Positions 25,614 through 36,494 of a DNA stretch of 64,000 nt are shown here, piece by piece. The DNA is from an uncultured Ardenticatenaceae bacterium. Lineage in GTDB: Bacteria > Chloroflexota > Anaerolineae > Promineifilales > Promineifilaceae. The translations under genes were made by a program, and so were the position numbers. How positions within the stretch are numbered: the stretch's first letter is position 1; every line of letters starts with the position of its first letter. The notes beneath the pieces were generated by a model that made no database searches, had not been told where the DNA came from, and saw only the letters and a program-made list of their open reading frames with translations. The DNA lies in assembly GCA_964579295.1 (NCBI GenBank), contig CAZOGK010000008.1, forward strand, positions 4,974 through 68,973, written 5' to 3'.

Positions 25614-26390
25614 TCAGCTCCCGGCGACCCTGTCCGGCCAGGCGGCGGCCAGCAGCCGCGGCAGCACCACGCCCGCCGGCCCTTCGACCACGTAGTCCAT
25701 CATGATCGAGACGGCTGTCTGCTGCGGGTTTATCTCCACGGTGGTCGCGCCGTGCTCCACGGCTTCCAGGGGCAGGGCGGCCGCGGGATAGACGACGGAA
25801 GAGGTGCCGATAGAGAAGAACAGGTCGGCGTCCTTCGCGGCCGCGACGGCGCGGGCCAGCGCGTCAAACGGCAGCGCTTCGCCAAACCAGACCACGTCCG
25901 GCCGCAGCGCGCTGCCGCATTCGGCGCAGCGCGGCGGCGCCTCCGGCCCGTCCTCCCACTCGCGGGTCAGGTGATCGGCGTCCGCACAGCGGCAGCGGTG
26001 AATACTGCCGTGTAGCTCGATAGGGTCATGGCTGCCGGCGCGCTGGTGCAGCTCGTCAATATTCTGCGTAATCAGCGTGAGGCGTGGCACGTAGCTTTCC
26101 AGCGCCGCCAGCGCCAGGTGCGCCGGGTTCGGGTCGCACCGGCGGATGAGCTGGCGCCGATAATCGTACCAGTCCCAGACGAGCCGCGGATTGCGCGCAA
26201 AGGCCTCCGGCGTCGCCAGCTCCTGCGGGTCGTATTGCGCCCACAGCCCGGTCTGCGCATCGCGGAAGGTAGGCACGCCGCTTTCGGCGGAGGTGCCGGC
26301 GCCGGTAAGCACGACGACATGCTCGGCCTGGCGCAGCGCCGCCAGCAGCTTCTCGGGTATTTTTATGTTCGCATTCGCTGCGTCGTTCAT
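25614..26390 (-). CDS. cobB: NAD-dependent protein deacylase (Sir2 family)
   Basis: Motifs LTGAGTSAESGVPTFRD, QNIDELH and zinc ribbon CRC...CAECG. Confidence 0.9.
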   Translation of the reverse strand: MNDAANANIKIPEKLLAALRQAEHVVVLTGAGTSAESGVPTFRDAQTGLWAQYDPQELATPEAFARNPRLVWDWYDYRRQLIRRCDPNPAHLALAALESYVPRLTLITQNIDELHQRAGSHDPIELHGSIHRCRCADADHLTREWEDGPEAPPRCAECGSALRPDVVWFGEALPFDALARAVAAAKDADLFFSIGTSSVVYPAAALPLEAVEHGATTVEINPQQTAVSIMMDYVVEGPAGVVLPRLLAAAWPDRVAGS

Positions 26391-26392
26391 CT

Positions 26393-27763
26393 TTATAACC
26401 CCAGTATAAACCTGGCGAGACTGAAGTAAATCAGGAGCGCTGTGGCGTCGACGATAGTGGTAATGAGCGGCGCGCTGATGACAGCCGGGTCAATATTATA
26501 CTTGGCGGCGGCAATTGGCACGAGCGTGGCGACCGTATTGGACCAAAGCACTACCAGCGGCAGGCTCAGCCCCAGCACCAGTCCTAGCTTTGGGCTGCTG
26601 CCGGTCAACAGGGCGTGGAGCGCGCCAATCGCCATGCCGACCAGCCCCAGCAGGATGCCGAGCATGACGCCCACGGCCAGCTCGCGCCGCCAGGCGCGCA
26701 GGACATCGCTCGTACGCACCTCTTCGACGGCAATCGCCCGGATAATCGTGGTGACTGTCTGCGAGCCGGCATTGCCGCCGGTGCCCGTAATCAACGGGAT
26801 AAAACGGTTGAGCACGATGGCCGCCGCCAGTACCGTGCCTTCGTAGGCGCCGATGACCGCGCTCGTCAGCAGCGAGGCGACGAAGAGCAGCATCAGCCAG
26901 ACAATCCGCTTGCGCGCCATCTGCACGGCGGAGACGGCGAAGTAGGGGTTCGCCAGTGGCTGCGAACCGCCGAGCCGCTGAATGTCCTCGGTCGCTTCCT
27001 CTTCGAGGATGTCCAGCGCGTCGTCTACGGTGACCACGCCCAACAGCCGGTTGTCGGCGTCCACAATGGGGAGCGCCGTGAAATCATACCGGGAAATCTG
27101 CTCGGCCAGCTCTTCCTGATCGGCGTCCACGCGAACGCTGACCACGTCCGCATCCATAATCGAGGCAATGGTTGCTTGCGTTCCCGAAAGTATCAGCGAG
27201 CGAACGGGCACGACGCCGATGAGCCGTCTTTCGGGATCGACAACGTAGAGATAGTGTAGCGTCTCGATGTCACGCACTGCGCGCATATAGTCGAGCGCTT
27301 CGGCCACGGTCCAGTCCGGCTGCAGGGCGACGACGTCCGTAGACATGAGGCGGCCCGCCGTCTCCTCTTCGTAGCCGAGCAGCGCCTGCACTTCGCGCGC
27401 TTCTTCCGGCTCCATCAGGTCCAGCAGGCGCGCGGCGGTGACGATGGGCAGATCCTCCAGGAACTCGGCCGCGTCGTCCATCGGCAGCTCGTCGAGCAGA
27501 TCCGCAAGGCGCTCGTCGTCCACCCTTTCCACCAGCTCCTGGCGCACGAGACTGCCGGTCTCGTCCAGCACCTCGCTGGCAATCTCTACGTTGAGCAGGT
27601 TAAAGAGGACGACGGCGTCATCCGCGGGTAGCTGGTCCAGCAGGTCGGCAATATCGGCCGGGTGGTAGCCGTCCAGCAGCGCGTGCAGCGTGGCAAGCTG
27701 GCCCTGCCCGATGAGGAGGCGAATCTCCTCGGCGGTTGGAAACTCCGTGGGTTGCTCAGGCAT
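26393..27763 (-). CDS. mgtE: Magnesium transporter MgtE
   Basis: Acidic N-domain (HPADIADLLDQLP), tandem CBS region, and a C-terminal 5-TM domain with IPLITGTGGNAGSQ. Confidence 0.9.
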   Translation of the reverse strand: MPEQPTEFPTAEEIRLLIGQGQLATLHALLDGYHPADIADLLDQLPADDAVVLFNLLNVEIASEVLDETGSLVRQELVERVDDERLADLLDELPMDDAAEFLEDLPIVTAARLLDLMEPEEAREVQALLGYEEETAGRLMSTDVVALQPDWTVAEALDYMRAVRDIETLHYLYVVDPERRLIGVVPVRSLILSGTQATIASIMDADVVSVRVDADQEELAEQISRYDFTALPIVDADNRLLGVVTVDDALDILEEEATEDIQRLGGSQPLANPYFAVSAVQMARKRIVWLMLLFVASLLTSAVIGAYEGTVLAAAIVLNRFIPLITGTGGNAGSQTVTTIIRAIAVEEVRTSDVLRAWRRELAVGVMLGILLGLVGMAIGALHALLTGSSPKLGLVLGLSLPLVVLWSNTVATLVPIAAAKYNIDPAVISAPLITTIVDATALLIYFSLARFILGL

Positions 27764-27816
27764 GGCGCTCTTCCTCCATGGTGAGGTGTAGGGTTAGCTC
27801 GACCGCGCCGCCGGTC

Positions 27817-27846
27817 ATTATAGCCTACCGGTGTCATCCACAACAA
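27817..27846 (-). promoter_or_regulatory. Candidate mgtE promoter
   Basis: Minus strand reads TTGTTG, 18 nt, TATAAT, about 50 nt upstream of ATG 27763. Confidence 0.45.
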
Positions 27847-27982
27847 AGAAAACGCAGCCCCGCGACCTGTGACGGACGCGGCGCGGACGGCTTTTAGCGC
27901 CCAGGCCAACAATGTACGATAATCTGGCGCGCCGGGCGGCCGCTGCCGGCAACCCAGACGGCCACCGGGCGTATAGAGGGCA

Positions 27983-28834
27983 ATGATTTACCTGCTGTAT
28001 ACCCTAAGTGTATTGTTGATGCTGGCTATGCCGCTGGCGCTGGCGCGCTGGCTCGCGCGCCGCTACCGGTTAAGCTGGGGTCTGTTTGGCATCGGCGTGG
28101 CGGCCTTCATCGGCAGCCAGGTTCTGCACCTCCCCTTCAACGGCGCCGTGGCGAGGGCCGGCGTGCTGCCCGATCCCGCGCTGGGGCTGCGCAACCTGCT
28201 TATCTATGCCGCCTTCCTCGGCCTGTCGGCCGGTTTCTTTGAAGAAACGGCCCGCTACGTGGTCTATCGCTGGTGGGCGCGCGATGCCCGCAGCTGGGCC
28301 CAGGGGCTCATGGTGGGCGCCGGGCACGGCGGAATCGAGTCGATCGTGCTCGGCTTTCTTCTTGCGCTGAACATCATCGCCCTGGCCGGCGTGCAGGCGG
28401 GCCTCTTCGCCAGCCTCTTCCCCGGCGAGCAACTGGCCCTGGTGCGGGCGCAGGCCGAGGCACTTTTTGGCGGCCCGGTCATCATGGGCATTCTGCCCGC
28501 CGTGGAGAGGGCGCTGGCGATTATTCTGCACCTCTCGCTCTCCCTGCTCGTCCTCCAGGTGCTGGTGCGCGGACAGCGGCGCTGGTGGTTGTATGCAGTC
28601 GGCTGGCACGCGCTGGTGAACGCGCTGGTGTTGATCGTCGCCGTGCACTATGGCGCAGTCGCCTCCGAAGGCGTGCTGGCTCTTCTGACGGTTGTCAGTG
28701 TCCTGATTATTCTACGGCTGCGTCCGCCCGCTTCCCCGGTTGTCGAGCCGGTTGAGGACGCCCCTGCCGGACCTATCAGGCTGGAAGCCGCGCCGCTTAC
28801 CTCGGAGAAGCTGGACGAAAGCCGCTACACATAA
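27983..28834 (+). CDS. YhfC-family intramembrane metalloprotease
   Basis: Polytopic protein with FFEETARYVVY and GAGHGGIES motifs. Confidence 0.65.
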   Translation: MIYLLYTLSVLLMLAMPLALARWLARRYRLSWGLFGIGVAAFIGSQVLHLPFNGAVARAGVLPDPALGLRNLLIYAAFLGLSAGFFEETARYVVYRWWARDARSWAQGLMVGAGHGGIESIVLGFLLALNIIALAGVQAGLFASLFPGEQLALVRAQAEALFGGPVIMGILPAVERALAIILHLSLSLLVLQVLVRGQRRWWLYAVGWHALVNALVLIVAVHYGAVASEGVLALLTVVSVLIILRLRPPASPVVEPVEDAPAGPIRLEAAPLTSEKLDESRYT

Positions 28835-28861
28835 TGTCCGCCGAGCCGCGAGATCTAGACT

Positions 28862-29767
28862 ATGATTGAAACACAGAATCTGACGAAGCATTTTGGGGAC
28901 ACCGTCGCCGTCGATGGCCTTACGCTCTCTATCCCGGCAGGTGAAGTCTTTGGCTTCCTGGGGCCCAACGGCGCCGGCAAGACGACGACCGTGCGCATGC
29001 TGACGACCCTGATTGCGCCGACGGACGGAACCGCCACGGTCGCCGGCTACTCGCTCGACGGCGAGGAACAGGAGATCCGGCGGCGTGTGGGCATTCTCAC
29101 CGAGACTCCAGGACTTTACGACCGGCTGACGGCGCTGCGCAATCTAGAGATTTTCGCCCGGCTCTACGAAGTAGAGGATGTCGACGGCCAGGTCGAAAAA
29201 TATCTGCGCATGCTCGGCCTCTGGGAGCGCCGTCACGAAGCGGCCGGCGGTTTCAGCAAAGGTATGAAGCAGAAGCTGGCGATTGCCCGCGCGTTATTGC
29301 ACGAGCCGCAAATCCTTTTTCTGGACGAGCCGACGGCCGGCCTCGACCCGGAGGCGTCGCGCCTGGTACGCGATTTTGTGCTGGAGCTGCGCTCGGAAGG
29401 GCGGACCATCTTCCTGACCACACATAATCTGGACGAGGCAGAGCGCCTCTGTGACCGCATCGCCGTGATTAACCAGCGGCTGCGCGTGGTCGATAGCCCG
29501 ACGGGCCTGCGGCGCGGTCTGTATGGGCGGCAGGTCGTCTTCCACCTTCGCGAGGTGGCCGATCCCTTTGTTAGCGCGCTCTCGTCCCTGGACGCCGTGC
29601 AGACAGTCAACCAGGTAGACAACAAGCTGGTTGTAGCCGTCGCCGACCCGGAGCAAGAGAACCCGGATCTGATTCGCGCCCTGGTCGCTGCCGGCGCCGA
29701 CATTCAGTTCGTCGGCGAGCTGCGTCACTCGCTGGAAGATATCTACCTGCAAATTGTCAATACGTAG
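28862..29767 (+). CDS. ABC transporter ATP-binding protein (ABC-2 exporter type)
   Basis: Walker A GPNGAGKTT, signature FSKGMKQK, Walker B ILFLDEPTAGLD. Confidence 0.9.
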   Translation: MIETQNLTKHFGDTVAVDGLTLSIPAGEVFGFLGPNGAGKTTTVRMLTTLIAPTDGTATVAGYSLDGEEQEIRRRVGILTETPGLYDRLTALRNLEIFARLYEVEDVDGQVEKYLRMLGLWERRHEAAGGFSKGMKQKLAIARALLHEPQILFLDEPTAGLDPEASRLVRDFVLELRSEGRTIFLTTHNLDEAERLCDRIAVINQRLRVVDSPTGLRRGLYGRQVVFHLREVADPFVSALSSLDAVQTVNQVDNKLVVAVADPEQENPDLIRALVAAGADIQFVGELRHSLEDIYLQIVNT

Positions 29768-29778
29768 GAGACGCCGCC

Positions 29779-30570
29779 GTGAAAAAAGTATGGACCATTA
29801 TTAGCAAAGAGTGGGCCGAGGTCTTTAAGAACCGGCTCGTCCTCTTCTCGGTCGCTTTCCTGCCGCTGATGTTCATCGCCCTGCCGCTGATTACGGTGCT
29901 CACCACATCCGGCCTGAGCGAGGGCGAGGCTGAGAGCGTCGGCGGCGCCGACTTCCCGGGCCTGTCCGAGCTTTGCGCCGGCATGTCGGATGCGGATTGT
30001 GCGCAGGTCTACATGCTCAACCTCTACACGATGATGTTCATGATTTTGCCCGTGGCGATTCCGGTGACCATCGCCGCCTACAGCATCGTCGGCGAGAAGA
30101 CGACGCGCAGCCTGGAACCTTTGCTGGCGACGCCGATTACGACGGTCGAGCTGCTTGCCGGCAAAGCGCTGGCAGCCATCATTCCTGCCGTGGTTGCTAC
30201 GTGGCTCAGCTTCGCCATCTACATCATCAGCATGCGCTTCCTGGTCAGCGACGCCGTATTTGCGATTCTCCTGGACCCGGTCTGGCTGCTGGCTATCTTT
30301 GTGGTCGGGCCGCTCCTGACCTTCCTTTCGGTCAGCGTGGCCATCATGATTTCGTCAAGAGTCTCTGATCCGCGCGTGGCCGAACAGCTCTCTATGGTGG
30401 TGATCTTGCCGGTGATGGTCGGGGTGATCGGCCAGTCCGTGGGCCTCTTTCTGGTTGACCGCAGCACCATCGTCCTGGTCGGCGTGGCCGTGCTGCTGTT
30501 GGACCTGGTATTGGGTTACCTCGCTCTGCAGGCGTTCCAGCGCGAAACGATTCTCACACGCTGGAAGTAG
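29779..30570 (+). CDS. ABC-2 type transporter permease
   Basis: Six-TM hydrophobic protein immediately after the ATPase gene. GTG start. Confidence 0.7.
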   Translation: MKKVWTIISKEWAEVFKNRLVLFSVAFLPLMFIALPLITVLTTSGLSEGEAESVGGADFPGLSELCAGMSDADCAQVYMLNLYTMMFMILPVAIPVTIAAYSIVGEKTTRSLEPLLATPITTVELLAGKALAAIIPAVVATWLSFAIYIISMRFLVSDAVFAILLDPVWLLAIFVVGPLLTFLSVSVAIMISSRVSDPRVAEQLSMVVILPVMVGVIGQSVGLFLVDRSTIVLVGVAVLLLDLVLGYLALQAFQRETILTRWK

Positions 30571-30594
30571 GGATGAGCCGCCTCTGAGCACTTT

Positions 30595-30622
30595 TTGCAC
30601 CGGCAGGGAGCATGGCTATAAT
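30595..30622 (+). promoter_or_regulatory. Candidate rpsB promoter
   Basis: TTGCAC, 16 nt, TATAAT. This leaves a 5' UTR of about 190 nt before rpsB. Confidence 0.5.
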
Positions 30623-30816
30623 CGTCCCGCTGCCCTATGGTAGTTGCTGCCTCATGGCAGAAAATAAACACGCGCCTCGACTGTTGCAGCTGTGCTCGTA
30701 TTGTTTCCCGGTCAGAAGCCACTTCCCCGGCGGCTGGCAGGGTACACCGGCCGTACGAGTTCTGCGACGGAAAGAAAGGCGCGGAGGCCAGAACAGATAA
30801 AAGGAGAATAGACCCC

Positions 30817-31659
30817 ATGGCCGTAGTTTCGATGAAAGCACTGCTGGAAACCGGCGTGCATTTTGGTCACCGTACCCGCCGTTGGAACCCGAAGATGAAG
30901 CCATACATCTTCACCGAGCGCAACGGCATCCACATTCTTGACCTGCAGCAGACAATCGTCATGATTGACGAAGCCTACAATCTGGTGCGGGACATCGTCG
31001 CCGACGGCGGCGCCGTCCTCTTTGTGGGTACCAAGCGGCAGGCGCAGGACACTATTGCCCGCGAAGCCTCGCGCGCCCGCCAGCCCTACGTCAACGAGCG
31101 CTGGCTGGGCGGCATGCTCACCAACTGGCAGACGATGAAACAGCGCATCCGCCACCTGGAAGAGCTGGAGCGGCGGCGTGATGCCGGTGAGTTCGCCCTG
31201 CTCAAGAAGAAAGAGCGCCTCATGGTCGAGCGCGAAATTGAAAAGCTCAACCAGAGGCTCGGCGGTATTCGCAACATGGGCGGCCTGCCTGACCTGCTCT
31301 TTGTCGTGGACGTGAATAACGAAGAAACGGCCGTGCGCGAAGCCAACGTGCTGAAGATCCCGGTCGTGGCGATGGTCGATACAAATTGCGACCCGGACGT
31401 GATTGACTATGTGATCCCGTCCAACGACGACGCCATCCGCGCTATCAAGCTGATTATCAGCAAGATGGCCGACGCGGCCATCGAAGGGATGGCGATGCGC
31501 GAGGCGGCGCTAGTAGACGAGATCCGCGACTACGAGGATCGCGACTACGAAGATTTCAGCGGCTACGAGGACGACGAAGAGCTCTCTGACGAGGCGCTGC
31601 TCGGCGAAGCCACCCTGGCTAAGATTCGCCGCGCCGGTGGCGTTGAAGAGGAAGAATAA
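30817..31659 (+). CDS. rpsB: 30S ribosomal protein S2 with acidic C-terminal tail
   Basis: AAAGGAGAA RBS. N-terminus [27 protein letters not shown]. The track extension from 30637 is rejected. Confidence 0.95.
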   Translation: MAVVSMKALLETGVHFGHRTRRWNPKMKPYIFTERNGIHILDLQQTIVMIDEAYNLVRDIVADGGAVLFVGTKRQAQDTIAREASRARQPYVNERWLGGMLTNWQTMKQRIRHLEELERRRDAGEFALLKKKERLMVEREIEKLNQRLGGIRNMGGLPDLLFVVDVNNEETAVREANVLKIPVVAMVDTNCDPDVIDYVIPSNDDAIRAIKLIISKMADAAIEGMAMREAALVDEIRDYEDRDYEDFSGYEDDEELSDEALLGEATLAKIRRAGGVEEEE

Positions 31660-31750
31660 GCGGCGGGCTGACTGCTGACAGGACAGGGTGAGCCGCCACC
31701 GGCGGCTCGCCCTTTATTCGCAAGCGATATACTCCCTGGAGAAGGAACTC

Positions 31751-32353
31751 ATGGAAATTACAGTTGAGAAGATTAAACAGCTGCGCGAGGCCACCGGGGC
31801 CGGCGTGCTGGATGCCAAGAAGGCTCTGGAAGCCGCCCAGGGTGACTTCGACAAAGCGGTAGATACCCTGCGTGAGAAGGGGCTGGCCCGCGCCGCCAAG
31901 CGCGCCGACCGTGTCGCTAAAGAAGGCATTATCGAGATGTACGCGCATCTGGCGAACCGCGTCGGCGTCATGCTGGAGCTGAACTCGGAAAGCGACTTTG
32001 TGGCCCGGACCGATATGTTCCGCGCCCTGGCGCACGAGATCGCGCTGCACATTGCCGCTATGGACCCCAAATATCTCTCGCGCGACGAGGTGCCCCAAGG
32101 CGACCTCGACCGGGAGCTGGATGTGCTGCGCGCGCAGGCCAAGGCTGAGGGCAAGCCGGATGCTATTGTCGAGAAGATCGTCAGCGGCCGCCTGGAAAAG
32201 TTCTACGAAGAGACAGTCTTGCTGGAGCAGCCGTTCGTCAAAGACGACAAGAAGACGATTCAGGATCTGATTAACGACGCGGTCGCCCAGCTGGGCGAGA
32301 ATATCGTATTGCGCCGGTTCATCCGCTATGAGCTTGGCGAGGCCATCGAATAA
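31751..32353 (+). CDS. tsf: Elongation factor Ts (short form)
   Basis: N-terminus MEITVEKIKQLREATGAGVLDAKKALE. 200 aa. Confidence 0.95.
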   Translation: MEITVEKIKQLREATGAGVLDAKKALEAAQGDFDKAVDTLREKGLARAAKRADRVAKEGIIEMYAHLANRVGVMLELNSESDFVARTDMFRALAHEIALHIAAMDPKYLSRDEVPQGDLDRELDVLRAQAKAEGKPDAIVEKIVSGRLEKFYEETVLLEQPFVKDDKKTIQDLINDAVAQLGENIVLRRFIRYELGEAIE

Positions 32354-32368
32354 GACCGGCCGACAGAG

Positions 32369-32400
32369 AAAGGGCGTTCGCTAGAGCGCCCTTTGTTTTA
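32369..32400 (+). terminator. Intrinsic terminator after tsf
   Basis: AAGGGCG stem, 10-nt loop, CGCCCTT stem, then TGTTTTATTCTT. Confidence 0.7.
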
Positions 32401-32460
32401 TTCTTACCGCGCTCCGCGCCGTGACCGTGGCCCGGGCCGCGACCAGTGGGAGAGGAGATC

Positions 32461-33222
32461 ATGTCAAGCCCTGTATACAGGCGGATATTGCTGAAGCTGG
32501 GGGGGGAAGCCCTGGCCGGCCCTGGCGGAGTCGGGATCGATCCCAGTCGCGCGGCCGCGGTTGCCGAGATCGTCAAGGATGTTTATGATCTCGGTGTTCA
32601 GGTTGCGATTGTCATTGGCGCCGGTAACCTCTGGCGCGGTTCTATGGGCGTAGACCACGGTATGGAGCCCGCCACTTCCGACCATATTGGCATGATTGCC
32701 ACGGTCATGAACGCTCTTGCCCTGCAGGATGCATTGGAGCGCCTGGGCATCGCAACGCGAGTGCAGACGGCCATTGAGATGCGCACCATTGCCGAGCCCT
32801 ACATCAGGCTGCGAGCCATCCGCCATCTGGATAAGGGGCGGGTGGTTATTATTGGCGCCGGTACGGGCAACCCCTACTTTACCACCGACACGGCCGGCGC
32901 CCTGCGCGCTATGGAAATAGGCGCCGATGTCCTCGTCAAGGCCACGAAAGTGGACGCCATTTATGACGACGACCCCGTTCGTAATCCTGACGCCCAGCGC
33001 TTCGAGCGCCTGTCTTACATCGACTTCTTGAACCAACGCCTGCGCGTCATGGATACCACGGCCATCTCGCTCTCGATGGAACATAACGTGCCCGTAGTGG
33101 TGCTCGACTTCTGGCAGAAAGACAGCGTCAAGCGGCTGGTGATGGGTGAATCGGTGGGGACAACGATCGGCCATTTTCAGACGGTTCGGGCGGGCGCCGA
33201 CGCGGCCGCCGGTGCGGGCTAA
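32461..33222 (+). CDS. pyrH: UMP kinase
   Basis: GAGAGGAG RBS. Motifs [13 protein letters not shown] and [10 protein letters not shown]. Confidence 0.95.
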   Translation: MSSPVYRRILLKLGGEALAGPGGVGIDPSRAAAVAEIVKDVYDLGVQVAIVIGAGNLWRGSMGVDHGMEPATSDHIGMIATVMNALALQDALERLGIATRVQTAIEMRTIAEPYIRLRAIRHLDKGRVVIIGAGTGNPYFTTDTAGALRAMEIGADVLVKATKVDAIYDDDPVRNPDAQRFERLSYIDFLNQRLRVMDTTAISLSMEHNVPVVVLDFWQKDSVKRLVMGESVGTTIGHFQTVRAGADAAAGAG

Positions 33223-33261
33223 ATCGGGACGAAGAAGTGTGAGTCGCACAAGGAGATAACC

Positions 33262-33819
33262 ATGATCCGCGACGTGTTGCAGGAAACAGAGCTACGGATG
33301 ATGACAGCCATCGACGCCCTGGAGTCTGATCTGGCGACATTTCGCACCGGCCGCGCCTCGCCGGGCCTGCTTGATCGCGTCGTCGTCGAGGCTTACGGAG
33401 CGGAGGTTAATCTCAAGCAGATCGCCCTGGTGAGCATCCCCGAGCCCCAGCAGCTGGCCATCCGGCCCTACGACCCCAAGCTGCTGGGCGCTATCGAAAA
33501 GGCGATCCTCAAGTCCGACATTGGCATTACACCCAACAACGACGGGCACGCCATCTGGCTGACGATGCCGCGCCTAACGGAAGAGCGCCGGCGCGACCTG
33601 GTGCGCCAGGTTGGGCGCCGGGTGGAAGAGGCCAAGGTTGCCGTGCGCAATATCCGGCGTGACGCCCTCAACGAGCTGCGCAGCCTGAAGAACCAGCACC
33701 AGGTGGCGGAGGATGATTTCTACGACGGGCAGGAAAACCTACAGAAGTTAACCGACCGCTACAATAGCCAGCTAGACGAAATCGGCGAGAAGAAAGCGGC
33801 TGAGATCATGGAAGTGTAA
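33262..33819 (+). CDS. frr: Ribosome recycling factor
   Basis: Motifs FRTGRASPGLLDRVVVEAYG and LTEERRRDLVRQV. Confidence 0.95.
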   Translation: MIRDVLQETELRMMTAIDALESDLATFRTGRASPGLLDRVVVEAYGAEVNLKQIALVSIPEPQQLAIRPYDPKLLGAIEKAILKSDIGITPNNDGHAIWLTMPRLTEERRRDLVRQVGRRVEEAKVAVRNIRRDALNELRSLKNQHQVAEDDFYDGQENLQKLTDRYNSQLDEIGEKKAAEIMEV

Positions 33820-34553
33820 TGCGCGCAAGCAAAAAGCCGCTGGACCTGAAAGGGCTGCGTGTGCCGCAGCATGTGGCAATCATCATGGACGGCAACGGCC
33901 GCTGGGCCCATAAGCGCGGCCTGCCGCGCATTGCCGGCCACCGCGCCGGGGCCGAAAATCTGCGTCGCATTATCAACGCCTGTGTCGAGTTCGGCATCAA
34001 AATCCTCACCATCTATGCCTTCTCCACCGAGAATTGGGACCGTCCCGAGCGTGAGATTCGTGGCCTGATGAACATTTTCACACGCGTGCTGGACCAGGAG
34101 CTGGGCGAGATGCACGCGCAGGGCGTCTGTCTCCACCACCTGGGCGACCTCAATGGCATCGAGCCGGCCCTGCAGCAGAAGGTCCGCGATGCGCTGGAGC
34201 TGACCCAGAACAACGACCGGCTCATACTCAACGTGGCCTTTAACTATGGCGGCCGGGCCGAAATCCTGCACGCCGTGCGCCAGATGCTGGCCGACGGCGT
34301 TTCGCCGGACGACCTGACGGAAAAGCTGTTCAGCAAATACCTGTTCACCCGGGACTTACCCGATCCCGATCTTGTCATTCGTACCAGCGGCGAGCTGCGC
34401 ATCAGCAACTTCCTCATCTGGCAGGCTGCCTACGCCGAGTATCTGGCAGCGCCGGAATATTGGCCGGATTTTGGCCGGGAGCAGCTGTACGAGGCAATCG
34501 TCGCCTATAGCCAGAGAGAGCGCCGCTATGGCCGTGTTCCCGAAGAGGGTTAG
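33819..34553 (+). CDS. uppS: Isoprenyl transferase (undecaprenyl-diphosphate synthase)
   Basis: TAATG overlap with frr. Motifs HVAIIMDGNGRWA, FSTENWDRP and RTSGELRISNFLIWQ. Confidence 0.95.
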   Translation: MRASKKPLDLKGLRVPQHVAIIMDGNGRWAHKRGLPRIAGHRAGAENLRRIINACVEFGIKILTIYAFSTENWDRPEREIRGLMNIFTRVLDQELGEMHAQGVCLHHLGDLNGIEPALQQKVRDALELTQNNDRLILNVAFNYGGRAEILHAVRQMLADGVSPDDLTEKLFSKYLFTRDLPDPDLVIRTSGELRISNFLIWQAAYAEYLAAPEYWPDFGREQLYEAIVAYSQRERRYGRVPEEG

Positions 34554-35379
34554 CTCTGTTTCCCTGCCGTCTATGTTCGTCAAACGTGCCGCCACGACCT
34601 TCACTGTGGGTCCGCTTGCTCTGCTCCTGATTTACCTCGGGGGCTTCTTTTATTTTATCCCGCTGCTCCTGATTATCTCCCTGGCGACCTATGAGTACGC
34701 GACGCTGCTGCGCGCGGTGCGCATCCGCGTGCCCCTCTTCCTACTCATGCCCGCCGTCTGGCTTCAGCTCACGGCCAGCTACTGGCCGGAGCGCCAGCTG
34801 ACCGAGCTGTTTATGGTCATCAGCCTGCTGGCCGTTATGGTCTACGCCCTCTGGTCCTATGAGAAGCAGCGGACTGACTCGGCGCCGGCTGAGCTGGTCG
34901 CCACGATGGCCGGCATCCTGCTCCTGGGCTGGGTCGGCGGCCACTTCTTCCGCCTGCGGCAGATAGACCTTGCCGACGTCGAAGCTGCCAAATGGACGAT
35001 TCTGGCGCTGGTGTCCACCTGGCTGGCTGACTCCTTTGCCTATCTCATCGGTAGCTGGCGTGGCAAACACAAGCTGGCCCGCCGCCTCAGCCCTAACAAG
35101 ACCATTGAAGGGTACGTCGCCGGCATCGTCCTGGGCACCGGCTTTACGCTGCTTCTCGGCTACTTCCTGGGGCTGCCCTGGCCGCTCGTGCTGCTGATCG
35201 CGCTGCTGGTCTCCGTGATCAGCCCGGCAGGCGACCTCGGCATCAGCCTCTTTAAGCGGGAAGCCGGCGTTAAGGATTCCGGCAATTTGCTGCCAGGACA
35301 CGGCGGCGCGCTTGACCGTATTGATAGCCTGCTCTGGTCGGTGACCATGGCCTATTACGTGGTCCGCTTTCTGGTGTAG
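34528..35379 (+). CDS. cdsA: Phosphatidate cytidylyltransferase
   Basis: Polytopic protein with C-terminal signature SLFKREAGVKDSGNLLPGHGGALDRIDS. The start is uncertain (ATG 34528 or 34573). The track start at 34372 lies inside uppS. Confidence 0.85.
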   Translation: MAVFPKRVSSVSLPSMFVKRAATTFTVGPLALLLIYLGGFFYFIPLLLIISLATYEYATLLRAVRIRVPLFLLMPAVWLQLTASYWPERQLTELFMVISLLAVMVYALWSYEKQRTDSAPAELVATMAGILLLGWVGGHFFRLRQIDLADVEAAKWTILALVSTWLADSFAYLIGSWRGKHKLARRLSPNKTIEGYVAGIVLGTGFTLLLGYFLGLPWPLVLLIALLVSVISPAGDLGISLFKREAGVKDSGNLLPGHGGALDRIDSLLWSVTMAYYVVRFLV

Positions 35380-35414
35380 TGAACTGACTATCCCCGAGGA
35401 ATGGAGGAGTCCTC

Positions 35415-36458
35415 ATGCCCACTGGTATCCAGCCCAAGAAAATAGTCACCATCGAGCGTTTCATCCTGGACCATCAGCCCAGTGAGGCGCGCGGCGAATT
35501 CACCAACCTGCTCTATGACATTGCGCTGGCCGCCAAGCTGATCGCCCACAAGACGAACCGGGCCGGCCTGCTCGACGTGTTAGGTGGCGCGGGCCAGACC
35601 AACGTGCAGGGCGAGCATCAGCAGAAGCTCGACGTCTATGCCGACCAGGTCATGTTCCGCCTGTGCGACCACACGGGCCGCGTCTGCGTCATGGCCTCGG
35701 AAGAGCACGAGCATCCGCTATTTCTGCCCGCCGGCTTCGAGAAAGGGGGCTACGTTCTCGTCTACGACCCGCTCGATGGCTCCTCGAACATTGACGTCAA
35801 CGTCAGTATCGGCACCATTTTTGCCATTTTCCGCTGCCTGGACTGGGATAAGCGCGGCCGTTTGGAAGACATTCTGCAGCCCGGGCGCGACCTGGCGGCG
35901 GCCGGCTATATCCTTTACGGCGCCAGCACGATGATGGTCTATACGACCGGGGCCGGCGTGCACGGCTTCACCCTGGACCCCGAGATTGGTGAGTTCCTGC
36001 TGACACACGAGTATATGACGCTGCCGGAGAAACCCGTCTACTATAGCGTTAACCACGGCTACTTTAGCCGCTGGTCGCCCGGCGTGCAGAGGTTCATCCG
36101 CTGGCTGCAAGGCTCCGAGGAGGATTCGCCCCGCCTGTCCGAGCGCTATATCGGTTCGCTGGTCGCCGACTTCCACCGCAACCTGCTGCGCGGCGGCGTC
36201 TTTGCCTACCCGGCGGAAGCAACCAAGCCAGACGGTAAGATTCGGCTCCTGTACGAAGCGGCCCCGCTGGCCTTTCTCATCGAGCAGGCGGGCGGCAAGG
36301 CATCGGATGGGCGACGCCGTATCATGGACATTGAGCCAGAGCATCTGCATCAGCGGGTGCCCTTTTACATTGGCGACCGCGGGCTGGTCGAGCGCGCCGA
36401 GCAATATCTGCGCGAAGAGGCGGCCCAGCTGGAGCAGCCAGCCGGGCGGCTATCATAG
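35415..36458 (+). CDS. fbp: Class 1 fructose-1,6-bisphosphatase
   Basis: Motifs [23 protein letters not shown] and [14 protein letters not shown]. Confidence 0.9.
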   Translation: MPTGIQPKKIVTIERFILDHQPSEARGEFTNLLYDIALAAKLIAHKTNRAGLLDVLGGAGQTNVQGEHQQKLDVYADQVMFRLCDHTGRVCVMASEEHEHPLFLPAGFEKGGYVLVYDPLDGSSNIDVNVSIGTIFAIFRCLDWDKRGRLEDILQPGRDLAAAGYILYGASTMMVYTTGAGVHGFTLDPEIGEFLLTHEYMTLPEKPVYYSVNHGYFSRWSPGVQRFIRWLQGSEEDSPRLSERYIGSLVADFHRNLLRGGVFAYPAEATKPDGKIRLLYEAAPLAFLIEQAGGKASDGRRRIMDIEPEHLHQRVPFYIGDRGLVERAEQYLREEAAQLEQPAGRLS

Positions 36459-36494
36459 GCGCCGAGAAGGCGAGTGTAGGAGAGTGATAAGACA

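Noticed and set aside
27764-27982. Looked for an M-box (Mg2+) riboswitch upstream of mgtE.
   Set aside because: A TATAAT promoter sits about 50 nt from the ATG, which leaves no room for the ~160-nt aptamer. No M-box-like conserved strings were seen.
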